DNA of 64,000 nt from NCBI RefSeq assembly GCF_006345805.1, contig NC_043007.1, positions 45,136,001-45,200,000 on the forward strand. Reading direction: 5' to 3'. Made by a program: the position numbers and the translations under genes. How positions within the stretch are numbered: position 1 is the stretch's first letter; each line of letters opens with the position of its first letter. The notes below the pieces were generated by a model. The model searched no databases, was not told the origin of the DNA, and saw only the letters and a program-made list of their open reading frames with translations. Shown one piece after another: positions 40,014-53,842 of the stretch. This stretch comes from Octopus sinensis (Eukaryota).

Positions 40014-40475
40014 ACACCAGGCACATGCATCACAACCATATTTGCGCGACATGGTGATCTCATATCAAGATAAACAGCACATGACCTTGCAGGTGGGGCC
40101 CAGTTAGAATTTTCTTCTGGTCGAGTAGCCCATCCCGCTCAAAAGGTCCCTGAATAAGGATTGTTTAAGGATGTTGAACGAACCACCCATATTTCCAAAC
40201 GTAAGTTATCCAAACCTCTGAGAATTCCTTTTAACACACAGCTATGATGCTCCCCCACTACTTCTGCTCGTGATCAGAGATGCACATATCGTCAGCCACT
40301 AAGGGACATGCTCAACTGGTTAAGGTCAAACAACTGACAAGCAAATCTGTGGTATTGAGCAGAATATTTGCTGTAGCCCATCTTTTATACCAAGACAAAG
40401 CAATGTACATGATAACACTTCCAATCAGTTAAGATCAGAAGCCATGAGGGCCACTGCCTGGTACTGCACCAGTGC

Positions 40476-40477
<2 letters not shown>
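40014..40477. mobile_element. Same non-coding element, copy 2 (lacks about 90 bp at the left end)
   Basis: Aligns with 38495-38960; same right end; TAT runs on both sides. Confidence 0.8.
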
Positions 40478-40506
<29 letters not shown>

Positions 40507-40541
40507 GTTGTTGTTGTTGTTATTAATATTATTATTATTAA

Positions 40542-40618
<77 letters not shown>

Positions 40619-41096
40619 TAAAAAGGATTGACGTAACTCTTCACAAAGGTCAAGACGAAGAGCGCGATTCGATTGAAAGATATTTTATTAGTTGAACAAT
40701 ATTTCAACAGTAAGTCTTTGTCAAGTTCAAAATAAGAAGTGATAAAAATTCAAAATTATAGAAATTAAAACGTGTGGACGCAGTTTGCTCTCGTTCATAC
40801 TTTACGTTTAAATTTCTATAAGAGAGTTAGCACTGAATTTAGGTAAATAATCCTTCGAACAGACGGTTAGTAGCGACGCCTGCTGGGTTCGGTAGCTCTG
40901 TATTGAGAAGGGGCAAATACCCTGAAACTAGTCTGCAGATGCCTGACCAGCAAGGGGAAGCGGCTGACCTCCCCTGTTCGAAGGTTATAATGGACACAGG
41001 TTCGCGTGTCACATAGCTAGCTAGAGGCGATGGTCTCTTGGAGCTAATCAACGACAGCATTCGTCCTATATTTCTGGACTGCCATATTAGCTTGAT

Positions 41097-41154
<58 letters not shown>

Positions 41155-41277
41155 ATATGTGTATGTGTATATATATAAAGTTAATCCAAACATTTAAGCA
41201 CAAAAAAACACAACAACGCGAGGACGTGGAACAAATATAGTATTATTGGACGCTCAGGAAAAAAGGAAAGAAGGAGG

Positions 41278-41312
41278 GTTTAACGTTTCGAGCGGAGCTC
41301 TTCGTCGGAAAC
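41278..41312 (-). ncRNA. Hammerhead motif with U4C variant, in pLTR-like element 41195-41395
   Basis: Minus strand GUUU-CCGACGA-A-GAGC(UCC)GCUC-GAAA-CGUU^AAAC. Confidence 0.55.
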
Positions 41313-41982
41313 ATAGGAGAAGGAAAGATCCAGAGAAGGGAAGACAGAGGAAAAAAATCGCCAATGGTACACACGCAGTCACATATATACATATATATAG
41401 TATATATATACTTATATATCTTCATATATTTATATATACACATACATCCGTTTATACACTCACGCACACATACATTGAAAATATATGAGTTGCAACTGAA
41501 TTGTCACCGCTCATAGCATCCAAGAACTAGGTGGAAGCGTTCAACAAAAGTGACAGGTGAAGACTTCCACCCAAGATGGTTTTTGTGGGGTCTGAAATCA
41601 GAATGCAAGCTATCGGAATAGCTATCGGAATCTGTCTGTATAAGGTTTTCCAAAAGTCCACCGCCAGGTGACTGGTAGTCCGGAAGGATGAAAAGCAAAT
41701 ATGTCTTCAGTGAAATTTGAACTCAGAACGGAAAGAGTCAGAATAAATACCGCAATACATTTCAGCTAATGCTTCAACGACACTTCTCCTCTACCCTTAT
41801 AGTTGTGGTTGATAAAGATTATGTTGTTTATTTTAAACACTGCCTAATTTAAATGTGAACAAGAAAACGATGCTGTATTGTTTCTGATAGTATAGAAATT
41901 AAATTAAACAAGGTAATAAAATTATATTTACTGTAATAATGGCTTGGAAACGAGAGAAAATTTAAAATCTTGAATGCCTTAC

Positions 41983-42036
41983 CTTAGTGTTTCCGCATCC
42001 ATTTTATGCCAGTATTGCTTGTAAATTATATCCTTC
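41983..42036 (-). CDS. Candidate internal coding exon, unknown gene
   Basis: Minus strand acceptor ttttattgatgcAG, donor AG|GTAAGG, 54 nt, phase 2-2, frame KDIIYKQYWHKMDAETL. Confidence 0.3.
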
Positions 42037-42916
42037 CTGCATCAATAAAATCCTTACCACTAATACAGTGGTGTTTATTCAACCGTATATACAACTTCCC
42101 TTCACATCCACTCAATAGAAATAATTATTTTCATATATGGATCGGTAATATGTCTAACGAGATATTTTACGATATTTTGTTCGCAGCCATCGAAAAGAAA
42201 TCTTTTATTTGCCGAGATCGATAAAAAGAAGCCTCATTAGATAATAACCCTGATCTATTTGCTGTTATATGTTTTCTGTTAGAGAGTAGGATGGTAAGTT
42301 AATATTATTCTCAAATTCCCTTTAAGAGGTTTATTTTATCATCGAGCTATGTAATCAAGATGGCTTCAATCAAATTTTATGTTGTCGTAGAGAACTAGTT
42401 GGAGCTATTTCCATGCTTATTACTCGTTCTAAAATTACATGACCATAAGTTTGTTCAGCATGAATTCTCAAATCACTGCAGTGGCTGCAATATATTGCTT
42501 AATTTCACTGATTGACGGCTGAATCGCAGACAAGATAAACTAATGAATAGATAATATATAAAATAAATAGATGCTAGTTTATTTTAGATGATCTATTGAC
42601 GTAAAAGAAATAGCTACAAATTCTCCCTCGAATCATACAATTCTCTTTATAAAAAACACAAGGAAATTCACGAGTAACCCTAGATACAGCAGATCTGTTA
42701 AACAACAGTGCGGCAACAGCTAAAAAAAATATTGATTATTGGGATACTCGACCAGGTCAGACTTAAAGTTAAACAACAATGCTATATCCGAGTTACTCTT
42801 TTACAAGCATTACTCAATGAAAATAAGACTCATTATTATCATTAGGATTGTTATTATTATCATTATTATTAGGATTGTTATTATTATCATTATCATCATC
42901 ATTATTATTATTATTA

Positions 42917-42983
<67 letters not shown>

Positions 42984-43064
42984 ATTCTTACTTCATAAAA
43001 TAATAATTAGTATAATCCTTATATAAAATTTCTCATTCGCAATGACATTGTTGTTATTATTGAT

Positions 43065-43255
43065 TTCAAATTTTGGCTCAAGGCCCAGCACTTTCGGAGT
43101 AGAGGATAAATCCATTACATCGCATCCAGTGTTCAATTAGTACTTATTTTATCGACCACGAAACCATAAAAGGTAAAATCAACTTCGGCAGAATTTGTAC
43201 ACAGAATGCAGAGACGGACGAAATACTGCTAACGATTCTTCCAGCTCACCGCATT
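43065..43255 (-). mobile_element. SINE family B, old
   Basis: tacttattttatcgacc...cttcggcagaattt...ttccagctcaccgc. Confidence 0.75.
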
Positions 43256-43604
43256 TCTCGTTATTATTTTTGTTCTGATGGTTAAACCTGATATCGATTC
43301 TAATCAAATTGATCTATGAGTAAAGAAACACCAACCGTGACCACAGTACCTTTGTAGGGTTTTGACTAGAACTACATTACCTATTACGTGATTTTATTTC
43401 ACTTATTTAAGCTAAGGTATACACTAATTGAAATTTAGCTGTTACTTCCACCTGGTCGAACATCCTCATAGAGCTCTTTTCCCTCGTTAGCATGAACTGG
43501 TATTTCATAAATTGACAGAAAGAAAATGAAAGGAAACTGACCAAAGACATTTAGTTGAAATTCAGATAAGTAAGAGAAGACCTGCAAAGAACTTAGTAGA
43601 TATT

Positions 43605-43840
43605 CACCGCCCTGGTAATAATTATTTCATTAGACAATACACAAGAAGGAGAAATGTATTGCAGAAATGGAAGTGCGATGATGATAGAGACGTTTACAAT
43701 TATTATACTGAATAATTCATAGAAAGGTCCTATAAATTCAATTGATTTGAGAACTAAAATATCTAATGATTCAGACCTTTGGCGTTCGTCAGTAAGTGAG
43801 AAGGAGAGAATAGCGTTGATTAAATGGGTTTTAGGCAAGT
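43605..43840 (+). mobile_element. Possible ancient LINE reverse-transcriptase remnant
   Basis: CRNGSAMMIETFTIIILNN*...KISNDSDLWRS resembles a decayed G.PQG...LF.I.IND...YADD..W segment. Confidence 0.2.
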
Positions 43841-44236
43841 GAAAACAAAGCTGTAAACTCTGTACTGTTTCTGTGAGCTAGTCAAGAGCAGTTGCTTTCG
43901 TAGACATTTCTATGCTAATGAGATCGATATGGCTAGTGCTCTATTAAATAATTGTAGAATTAAACGTTGGCTGAGAGAGAACCAGGGTGTCTAAATCGAA
44001 ATTCTGCAAGAAAGTGTTATTCTGCGAGCGTACAAGATAATCAAACAGCAGTATTAAACTTGATGGTGTGCAAAGCATACTATCAGTCCGAAGTGATTAA
44101 GTTTGAAAATGATCCCAACATAGACAAAAAGACTCGTCCGTTTCAAAGTAACCATATCCATTTACATCAATAAAAAAAGAAAAATGCATAGAAATACAGT
44201 GGATGATTGTTGAAGTGCATGATTTGCTCCAGAAAC

Positions 44237-44407
44237 CAACGGCGTAGTTAGAGTTCGTGTCACCCGAGGCATCCCCTGAGATTCCCCATCCCTGCCTTCC
44301 AACCCCCGGACAATACAGCGGATTTATACTGGAGACCCAAAAGTGCCTTTCCACAAAAGCGTCGCCTGGGTGGACCACTCCCTCACCTGCTTCTTGCTAC
44401 GCTACTG
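44237..44407. mobile_element. MITE with hAT-like terminal inverted repeats
   Basis: Left caacggcgtagttag versus reverse complement of right end cagtagcgtagcaag. 8-bp flanks ccagaaac and agagaagc match at 5 of 8 positions (possible decayed TSD). Confidence 0.4.
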
Positions 44408-44812
44408 AGAGAAGCGTCTCTTTATAACATTTGACTTACTTATCTCTAGGCTGGTTGACTAATTACATACTAACTCAGTCATTCACACATTTATTTTAGT
44501 AGTGTTGAAATTTGGACATATATTCCCTCTAGTCAAATCTGTTTCTATACTCCTTTTGTCGTTATTACTGTTGAAGCTATGTCAGTATGATGGAACTGTC
44601 TTATGAAGAAAAGCATTCTAGCTGTGGTCATCTGTTTTTGTTTGCGGGTATTGTACTTGTTTAATAATGTACGACGTTTTATAGAGATATACTCTTGACA
44701 AGTGCTCTCAGCTTGCAAGTTTTAGTCACATCGTTTCGGTCATTGTATCCTCTGGCTTTCTCCGTGTCGCTGTTGTATTCGGAATTATAATTTCGAGCCG
44801 ACAATAAATATA

Positions 44813-45680
44813 GGCACAGGTGAGGCTATGTTGTAAGAAGATTGCTTCTCAACCACAGTGTCCCAGGTTCAGGCCCACTGCTTGGCACCTTGGGCTAATA
44901 TCTTCTACTATAACCTCGGGCCGACCAAAGTCTTGCAAGTGGATTTGATAATCAAAAACTAAAAGATGCCCATCATATATATACTCTTTCTTACTCTCTC
45001 TTTTACTCTTTTACTTGTTTCAGTCATTTGACTGCGGCCATGCTGGAGCACCGCCTTTAGTCGAGCAACTCGACCCCGGGACTTATTCTTTTTGTAAGCC
45101 CAGTACTTATTCTATCGGTCTCTTTTTGCCGAACCGCTAAGTGACGGGGACGTAAACACACCAGCATCGGTTGTCAAGCAATGCTAGGGGAACAAACACA
45201 GACACACAAACACACACACATATATTATATAATATAAACATATATACACAGGCTTCTTTCAGTTTCCGTCTACCAAATCCACTCACAAGGCATTGGTCGG
45301 CGCGGGGCTATAGCAGAAGACACTTGCCCAAGATGCCACGCAGTGGGACTGAACCCGGAACCATGTGGTTGGTTAGCAAGCTACTTACCACACACACATA
45401 TATATATATATATATACTTTCACACACACATAAGTATATATGTGTGTATGTATGTATGTGTCTGTGTGTGTGTGTTTTGTGTCTGTGTTTGTCCTCCACC
45501 ACAGCTTGGCAGCTGGTGTTGGTTTGTTTACGTCCCCGTAATCTAGTGGTTCCGCAGAAAGAGAATGGTAGAATAAGTACCAAGCTTGACAAAAGATATA
45601 AGTATTGGGATCGTTTCATTCGACTAAACTTCTTCAAAGTGGTGCTCCGGCATGGCCGCAGTTTAATGATTGAAACGTAA
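44813..45680 (+). mobile_element. Old SINE A split by a younger antisense SINE A
   Basis: 5' half 44813-44975, 3' half about 45470-45680, with the minus copy between them. Confidence 0.75.
44984..45393 (-). mobile_element. SINE family A, young, nested
   Basis: Nearly identical to 14661-15074. Confidence 0.9.
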
Positions 45681-46056
45681 AAAATAATATTCCTTGGTGT
45701 GTGTCTGATTTGGAAGACCGATCATGGAAGAAAGTGATTTCAGGGAGATTTCGTTGCCATAGTCAACAAGTCGAGCGATCACGTTAGGGTGTTTGAAAAT
45801 TTCTTCTTGTAGCTTTTCTCGAAGTTAAAGTTGTTGTTGTCGTTGCTGTAGCTAACCTTTCCTGGCAGTATGTAATCACTGCCGTCAACATCGATGTCGT
45901 CGTTATACGTATTATATTCCAAATGTTGACAACTATCATGTCCATATAAATGTATAGCGAATATAAAATGCATATATATATATATATAGTACATATACAT
46001 AAATAAATACATACATATATGTATATACATACATACACAACACAACCACATACACA

Positions 46057-46170
<114 letters not shown>

Positions 46171-46874
46171 TGTGTATACATAGATGTCGTGTCCTGTGTT
46201 TAGAGATTGACTTCAACGAGACATACCAGACAAGCCTATTAGACAAGCTGTCATTAAGTAAGCAATACATTTTAATGAAGCGCACCAAAGAAATATGTCC
46301 AAAAAGACGTTATTGCGTCACCGGAATTTAATCTGGCAATTAATGACCTGACAACATGTTTTTCTCTGTGGTCTTCAACAGAGGGACGTTGAGGAACGAA
46401 AATAGACAAACCAAAAATATATAAGATTTTAGAATTAAGTTAGTAAAGCAGCTAACACTAGTTTCCTACTTAATCACTTTCATAGATTTCCTATTTGTTC
46501 GTTGGTTTTGTTTCCTGTACTGTTGTTGTTGTTGTTGTTGTTATCGTTGTTGTCGTTGTCGTTGGTGCTGGCTGTAATAGCGGTGGTTTTCTCCTATGAG
46601 GCCATCTCTCAGTTAATTTCGATACGGTATAAACTTGGATGTATGTTGTTCATTCCTTCTTCTAGGTTTGTTAATGAGGATTTTAAGTGACACAGGAATA
46701 CATACATACATACATACATACATACATACATACATACATACATACATACATACATACATACATACCTCTCATACATACATGTATACATACAGACATAGAA
46801 ACATCCATACATTCATCATACAAATATACGTACATAAACGCATAGATGCAAATATACAGAAACATGTTTAGCAT

Positions 46875-47030
46875 GCTCGTGTGGTTACGTAGCTTGCTTT
46901 CCTGTCTCGTTGTCCCCGGTTCGGTCCCACAGCGCGCACCTCAGTCAAGTTTCTTCTATGGTAGCCTCAGGTGCATAAATGCCTTGGGAATGAAGTTCGT
47001 TAGACAGAATCTTTGTGTAAGTCTTTCCCC
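46875..47030 (+). mobile_element. SINE family A, 5' half, old
   Basis: gtgtggttacgtagcttgct...ccggttcggtcccac...caagtttcttctatggtagcctc. Confidence 0.65.
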
Positions 47031-47293
47031 TAAATTAGTATGTATATATTAAGTATACGATCCGTATTAAATTAAGAGAAGAAAATGGAGAGTTAGTGAT
47101 TAATAATAATTTATTAATAAATTGATAATCATTTCATCCTACAGCTATTTCCATTAATACTCATTGAAATAAAATTTGTGCATTAAATTTGCATTTAAAA
47201 TTTATGAGCAAAATATCATCAGGGAGAATTTAGGCATTTAAAAAAATTACACGTTGACCTATATGTTCATTCCAGTCCGCTGGGAATATATAA

Positions 47294-48885
<1,592 letters not shown>

Positions 48886-48900
48886 AATATGTATTCGTGT

Positions 48901-48931
<31 letters not shown>

Positions 48932-48960
48932 GATAATTATATATATATATATATATATAT

Positions 48961-48991
<31 letters not shown>

Positions 48992-50147
48992 ATGCGTGTG
49001 TGTGTGTACATGCGTGTGTACGTGTACGAGTATGTATTTGTGTGAGTCCTTTATTTATGTGTAGAACTAGCGGACACACATCTTGGAGGCATTTTTCTGC
49101 CTCTGCTGGAGTAAGAAATTCAATTTTCCTCTCCTTGTGAGAAACGCTTTTATAGAGAATGTTTTTGTTATCCTGAGTTAGTTTTCTCCTCCTCACTAAG
49201 CGGCATAACGTCTGGTTTGACAATAACATTTTTGTACTAGAGGGCGTTGCCTTTCAGATCTTACACCGAATGCATCGTCACTGGTTAACTGCCCTCGAAA
49301 GAGATAAAGAATTATTGTGGATTTGCATGTTGTTGTCGTTGTTGTTACTATTGTCTTTTCTACTGCAGCTGCTGTTGCACATTCTCGTTACTCTTGTTGC
49401 TGTTATCGTTGTTGTGGTTGTCACGGTCATTGTTGGTGCTTGTATTTTTGCTGGTGTTGCTGTCGTCATAACAATAATACGAAATTTCATTCCTTTCCCT
49501 CGATAAATTTAGTTTATCTCCAGCTTGGCTGCCATTGACGTCTTGTTTCCCGGACATGGCAACATAGGGTATAAAAACTAAGTCGACAGAACACTGTTCA
49601 CAGTCGACTATTATTATTCTTGGGGAAAAAATAGGAAATCTTTGTTTACAAAAAAAAATGCAAATTAATCATCACTGAGTTACAGCTCCAAAAGTGGGTG
49701 TAATGCAGCAGAAAATACACCATCGCAGTCCATGCAATGTCAGTAAAATAGTTATCACAAACTAATTGACTGAACAGACTTTAACCAACCGAAATGATTG
49801 ATAAAACTCTCAAGACTTACGGAGATCAAATCTCAATGACTTCCCAGTATGGCGGACATAATAATAATGATGATGATGGTGGTGATGATAAATATAATGA
49901 TGATGATGATGAGGATGATAATAGGTATCATTAGCAGACTTTTGGAAATCAGAAATTAGTGTAAATGTAATGATATTTCGCGTTTCCACCTGTCTAAATC
50001 TGTTGTTTTCTAAGATTTTTATTGGCAATTTTAGGTCAGCAATAGAGAAGATATATTAGTGATATCTTAGACAGGTAATGAATGTATAACGAATTAAAAA
50101 TAAAATAGTAATAATAATATTGATAATAATAATGATAATACTAATCC

Positions 50148-50360
50148 TTTGTACTATAGGCACAAATCCTGATACTTTTGTGGTGGGGGCTAGTCGATTA
50201 GATCTACCCCTGTATGCAACTGATACTTAATTTATCGAGACTGAAAGGATGAAAAGCAAAGTCGACCTGGGCGGAATTTGAACTCAGAACGTAAAGACAG
50301 ATGAAATGCCGCTAAGCATTTAGCTCGGCGTGCTAACGATTCTACCAGCTCACCGCCTTA
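50148..50360 (-). mobile_element. SINE family B, full length
   Basis: aaggatgaaaagcaaagtcgacctgggcggaatttgaactcagaacg...ccagctcaccgcctt. Confidence 0.85.
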
Positions 50361-50361
50361 A

Positions 50362-50418
<57 letters not shown>

Positions 50419-50921
50419 GAAGAAGAAGAAGAAGAAGAAATAATAAGAATAAGAATGAGAATAACAACAAGACCATCACACCACCACCGCCATCACGCCA
50501 TCAACACCATCACACCACCACCACCATCACACCACCACAACCACCACCACACCACCACCACCACTACCACCACCACCACCACCACCACCACCGCCATCAA
50601 CAACAACAACTATAAGAAAACTTATATAACTTCAGTGGCATGTACATTCACAACAAAATACATGCCAGGAGTACATATGCATAATTAGTTTCTGAACTAA
50701 GACTTTGCTGGAAATAAACAGGCTATAATATTTTGAATAAATTACCTTCGATTTAAATAAATACCGACTCAATAAGTAAACAACCTACTTCATGTGGTCA
50801 GGAGGTTGTTGATATAATATCAAGAACCGTTGCTATTAAGCAAATTGAGCTTTTTAATGTAAGCAAAACCATATCGATAATTATCACATTAGCCACGACC
50901 TTTCCTCGGAGAGATGTTCCG

Positions 50922-51066
50922 GGCACACGCGTGGCTGAGTCGAAAGAAACTTGCTTCCAAACCACATGATTCCAGTTTCAGTTCCACTACCTGATAACTT
51001 GGGCCTCTGTCTTCTATTAATATCCGGGCCGGTTAAAGCCTGGTGAGTGGATTGGTAGATGGAAAC
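50922..51066 (+). mobile_element. SINE family A, 5' half
   Basis: gcgtggctgag...ccaaaccacatgattcc...gtgagtggattggtagatggaaac. Confidence 0.7.
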
Positions 51067-51081
51067 CCTATATGTATATAT

Positions 51082-51133
<52 letters not shown>

Positions 51134-51157
51134 TATATATATATAATATATATATAT

Positions 51158-51426
51158 ATATTATTAGTGAATGGAATAAAAGGAGTTGAACGAAGATTGT
51201 ACAGAATCCTTTTATTACATTCTACACATGTTTCGAAGGCCACAAATTTCCAATTCTGTTTAAATAGGGTACCATATTGCGGCTTTCTCTTCAGGAAAGC
51301 CGCAATATGGTACCCTTATTTAAACAGAATTTGGAAATTTGTGGCCTTCGAAACATGTGTAGAATGTAATAAAAGGTATTCTGTACAATCTTCGTTCAAC
51401 TCCATTTATTCATTCACTAATAATAT
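51158..51426. repeat. 269-bp near-perfect palindrome (about 130-bp arms, 7-nt loop)
   Basis: Arms 51158-51287 and 51295-51426 differ by about four single-base indels and one substitution; loop tcttcag. Confidence 0.95.
51218..51299 (-). ncRNA. Type I hammerhead ribozyme motif inside the palindrome
   Basis: Minus strand UUC-CUGAAGA-GAAAGCCGC...GUGGCCUUC-GAAA-CAUGUGUA^GAA: intact core, 8 of 9 pairs in stem II, palindromic ACAUGU in stem III, GUA site, followed by AAUAAA. Confidence 0.65.
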
Positions 51427-51576
51427 TAAACTCAATTATCCGCTCCAACGCACGGTTGCAACACCAAATGGTCTTATCTCCAACCGTGCTGTTTTCCGCT
51501 GTGATTTTTGCTACCCAGGTATCGGTTACCAACCTTGAATATCTGTTACAAAAAAATCATCTTTCTATTTAAACAA

Positions 51577-51611
<35 letters not shown>

Positions 51612-51616
51612 TATAG

Positions 51617-51673
<57 letters not shown>

Positions 51674-52605
51674 TAGCATTATATATATTTGTTGATCAAC
51701 GTAAATGAAGGCAGTGCATTCTTTAATACATTGTAAGTGCAAGGCACATAATTCTCATACTCCGATTATTTAACTAGTAATCCGAGCCTGTTTGTTTTCC
51801 ATTCAATCATAGTTTTTTTAGATATATTTTGAATATTTAGAAGTTACGAAGAAAACGCTTATTTTTCAAGTTTCCCTGAGTCGTGCGAGCTATGTGTGCA
51901 AAAACGTCTGTTTCAAGCGCACATTTTGTCATTTAAAAAGCTCATTATTGGAATCCGTGGGAATACTCCAAACGTATTAAAACATGTAAAAGAGAAGTCA
52001 CTCTAAGCATGATATTCATCAACTCTGTCGTTATTTAACAAATATTTAAAATAATGCTTTATTTATTTTTTTAAAAACGATGCATATTCATGCATACGTT
52101 ACATACACGTACAAACGAGCGCACGCACACACACACATACACGTACACGCACACACAGTGTTATGTCTACAAAAAATGTGAGTTCGACTCTCATGGACAG
52201 ATTTAGACTTTTCTGTCGGAAAAGAGGCTTCATGGCAATATCTACATGGTATTTTTTCATAGCAATTTATCCTGTTCCAAACGAACTTATATTCATAGAC
52301 ACTTACATATGCATAAATACACACAAACACACATACATATTCGTAAACACCTATTGATATATTTATCTATATGTCTGCCTGTATATATATATTATATATA
52401 CTATATATATATATATATATATATGGAAGTATAAACGATTTGAATAACACCTGCGTTTGACTCTTTATCCACGTTATACAAAAACATTTCACTTAACCCT
52501 GGAATTTCTACCTTTATAAGTAAACTGTAATATCTTTGGCACTTACATGAATTTTTGCTAACCTGGCAACAATTTTTTCCTTGTTATTCGTACACATATA
52601 CCTTC

Positions 52606-52646
<41 letters not shown>

Positions 52647-52911
52647 CCTACTCTACATTCAGCTGCTGAAAAAACAGCATAGTAATTCAAAAATTTCAAA
52701 TGTAGTAGTCCCCTGAAGTCGAACATACTGTAACTTCGACAACACTGTTCAAAACTTTTATTGTAAGAGTTAATAATATGCAACCGACGACAAAGTAGTA
52801 ATACTTACACACGTATATGTAAACACACATACACACACATTCACACATACAGATATAAATATATACGCACACAGAAATATACATACATATATGTATATAT
52901 GTTTATATATG

Positions 52912-52960
<49 letters not shown>

Positions 52961-53332
52961 CACAAGTACATACGTACGTACACGTGCACATACAAACACG
53001 CAAACATACACACACATATTAATGCAACTAGATGTGCGTGATAAAAAATCACTTGTAATCTCTCTCTCTCTCAGTTTGTCTATATCTGTTTATCTACACT
53101 TGTATATATCTAAGCACATACACACACATACACACACACATACACACACACACTACACACACAAACACTCATAAATATAATATATTCTGACAAATGTTCC
53201 CAAACGCACACACACACTAACTAACAGGTTATATGTGTCTGAGTCAAGAATTTGATGACTGTCTGGCAAAAATAATCTAACGATATCAGCATACATATTT
53301 CTCTCTCTCTCTTTCTTCCTATATATATATAT

Positions 53333-53381
<49 letters not shown>

Positions 53382-53842
53382 CAAAGATGTGTGTGCGTTT
53401 ATCTATATATACATACACAATGTATACATGATAACGTATATACATACATGCATACTTAAATACACACGTGTAGGTATTAGTTATATATTCATATAAATAT
53501 ATCCCGTAAATTCCTCTGTTAATATATTCGAAAAAAAAAGAAAAAACACAACAAACACTTTCCCCAAAAAACCAAAACAAAACAAAAAACAGACAATAAA
53601 AAACACAAATGAAACGAAAGATGATAAAGAACTGTTAATCTTTTTAAGCCTCTGAACTTCATCTTTACAACGTCGATGTTGTTTTTACGACCATGATGAT
53701 GTCATCACCATTGTATTAGTAATGGCGACTGCGGTAGTGATGGTGGCTGTCAGTGCTTATTGACAGTGGGTGGTGATGATAGTGATGGTATGGTGGTGAG
53801 AGTGGTTATGGGAGTAGTGGATGAAATATTGGCATTATATTA

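Noticed and set aside
38404-40477. LTR retrotransposon interpretation of two direct repeats flanking an internal coding region
   Set aside because: The interior is a non-LTR R4/Dong fragment, there is no PBS/PPT or short TSD, and all junctions are TAA runs.
43430-43495. Minus-strand candidate terminal exon HANEGKELYEDVRPGGSNS* with tyrosine motifs
   Set aside because: Overlaps a common dispersed repeat motif (gaaatttagctgttacttcca..tggtcga, also seen near 45750-45780), so it is probably a repeat remnant.
45171-45680. Recurrent ORFs with FRLPNPLTR...LVSKLLTT or [12 protein letters not shown] motifs
   Set aside because: These are frames through SINE family A; they recur because the SINE recurs.
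45857-45930. Minus-strand frame CQHLEYNTYNDDIDVDGSDYILPGK with plausible splice sites
   Set aside because: Embedded in decayed AAC/GAC simple repeats with a weak acceptor; not enough support.
48960-49310. Protein-like frames on both strands (LYKSVSHKERKIEFLTPAEAEKCLQD; DLTPNASSLVNCPRKR*)
   Set aside because: Competing frames, weak donors and no recognisable family; cannot distinguish from chance.
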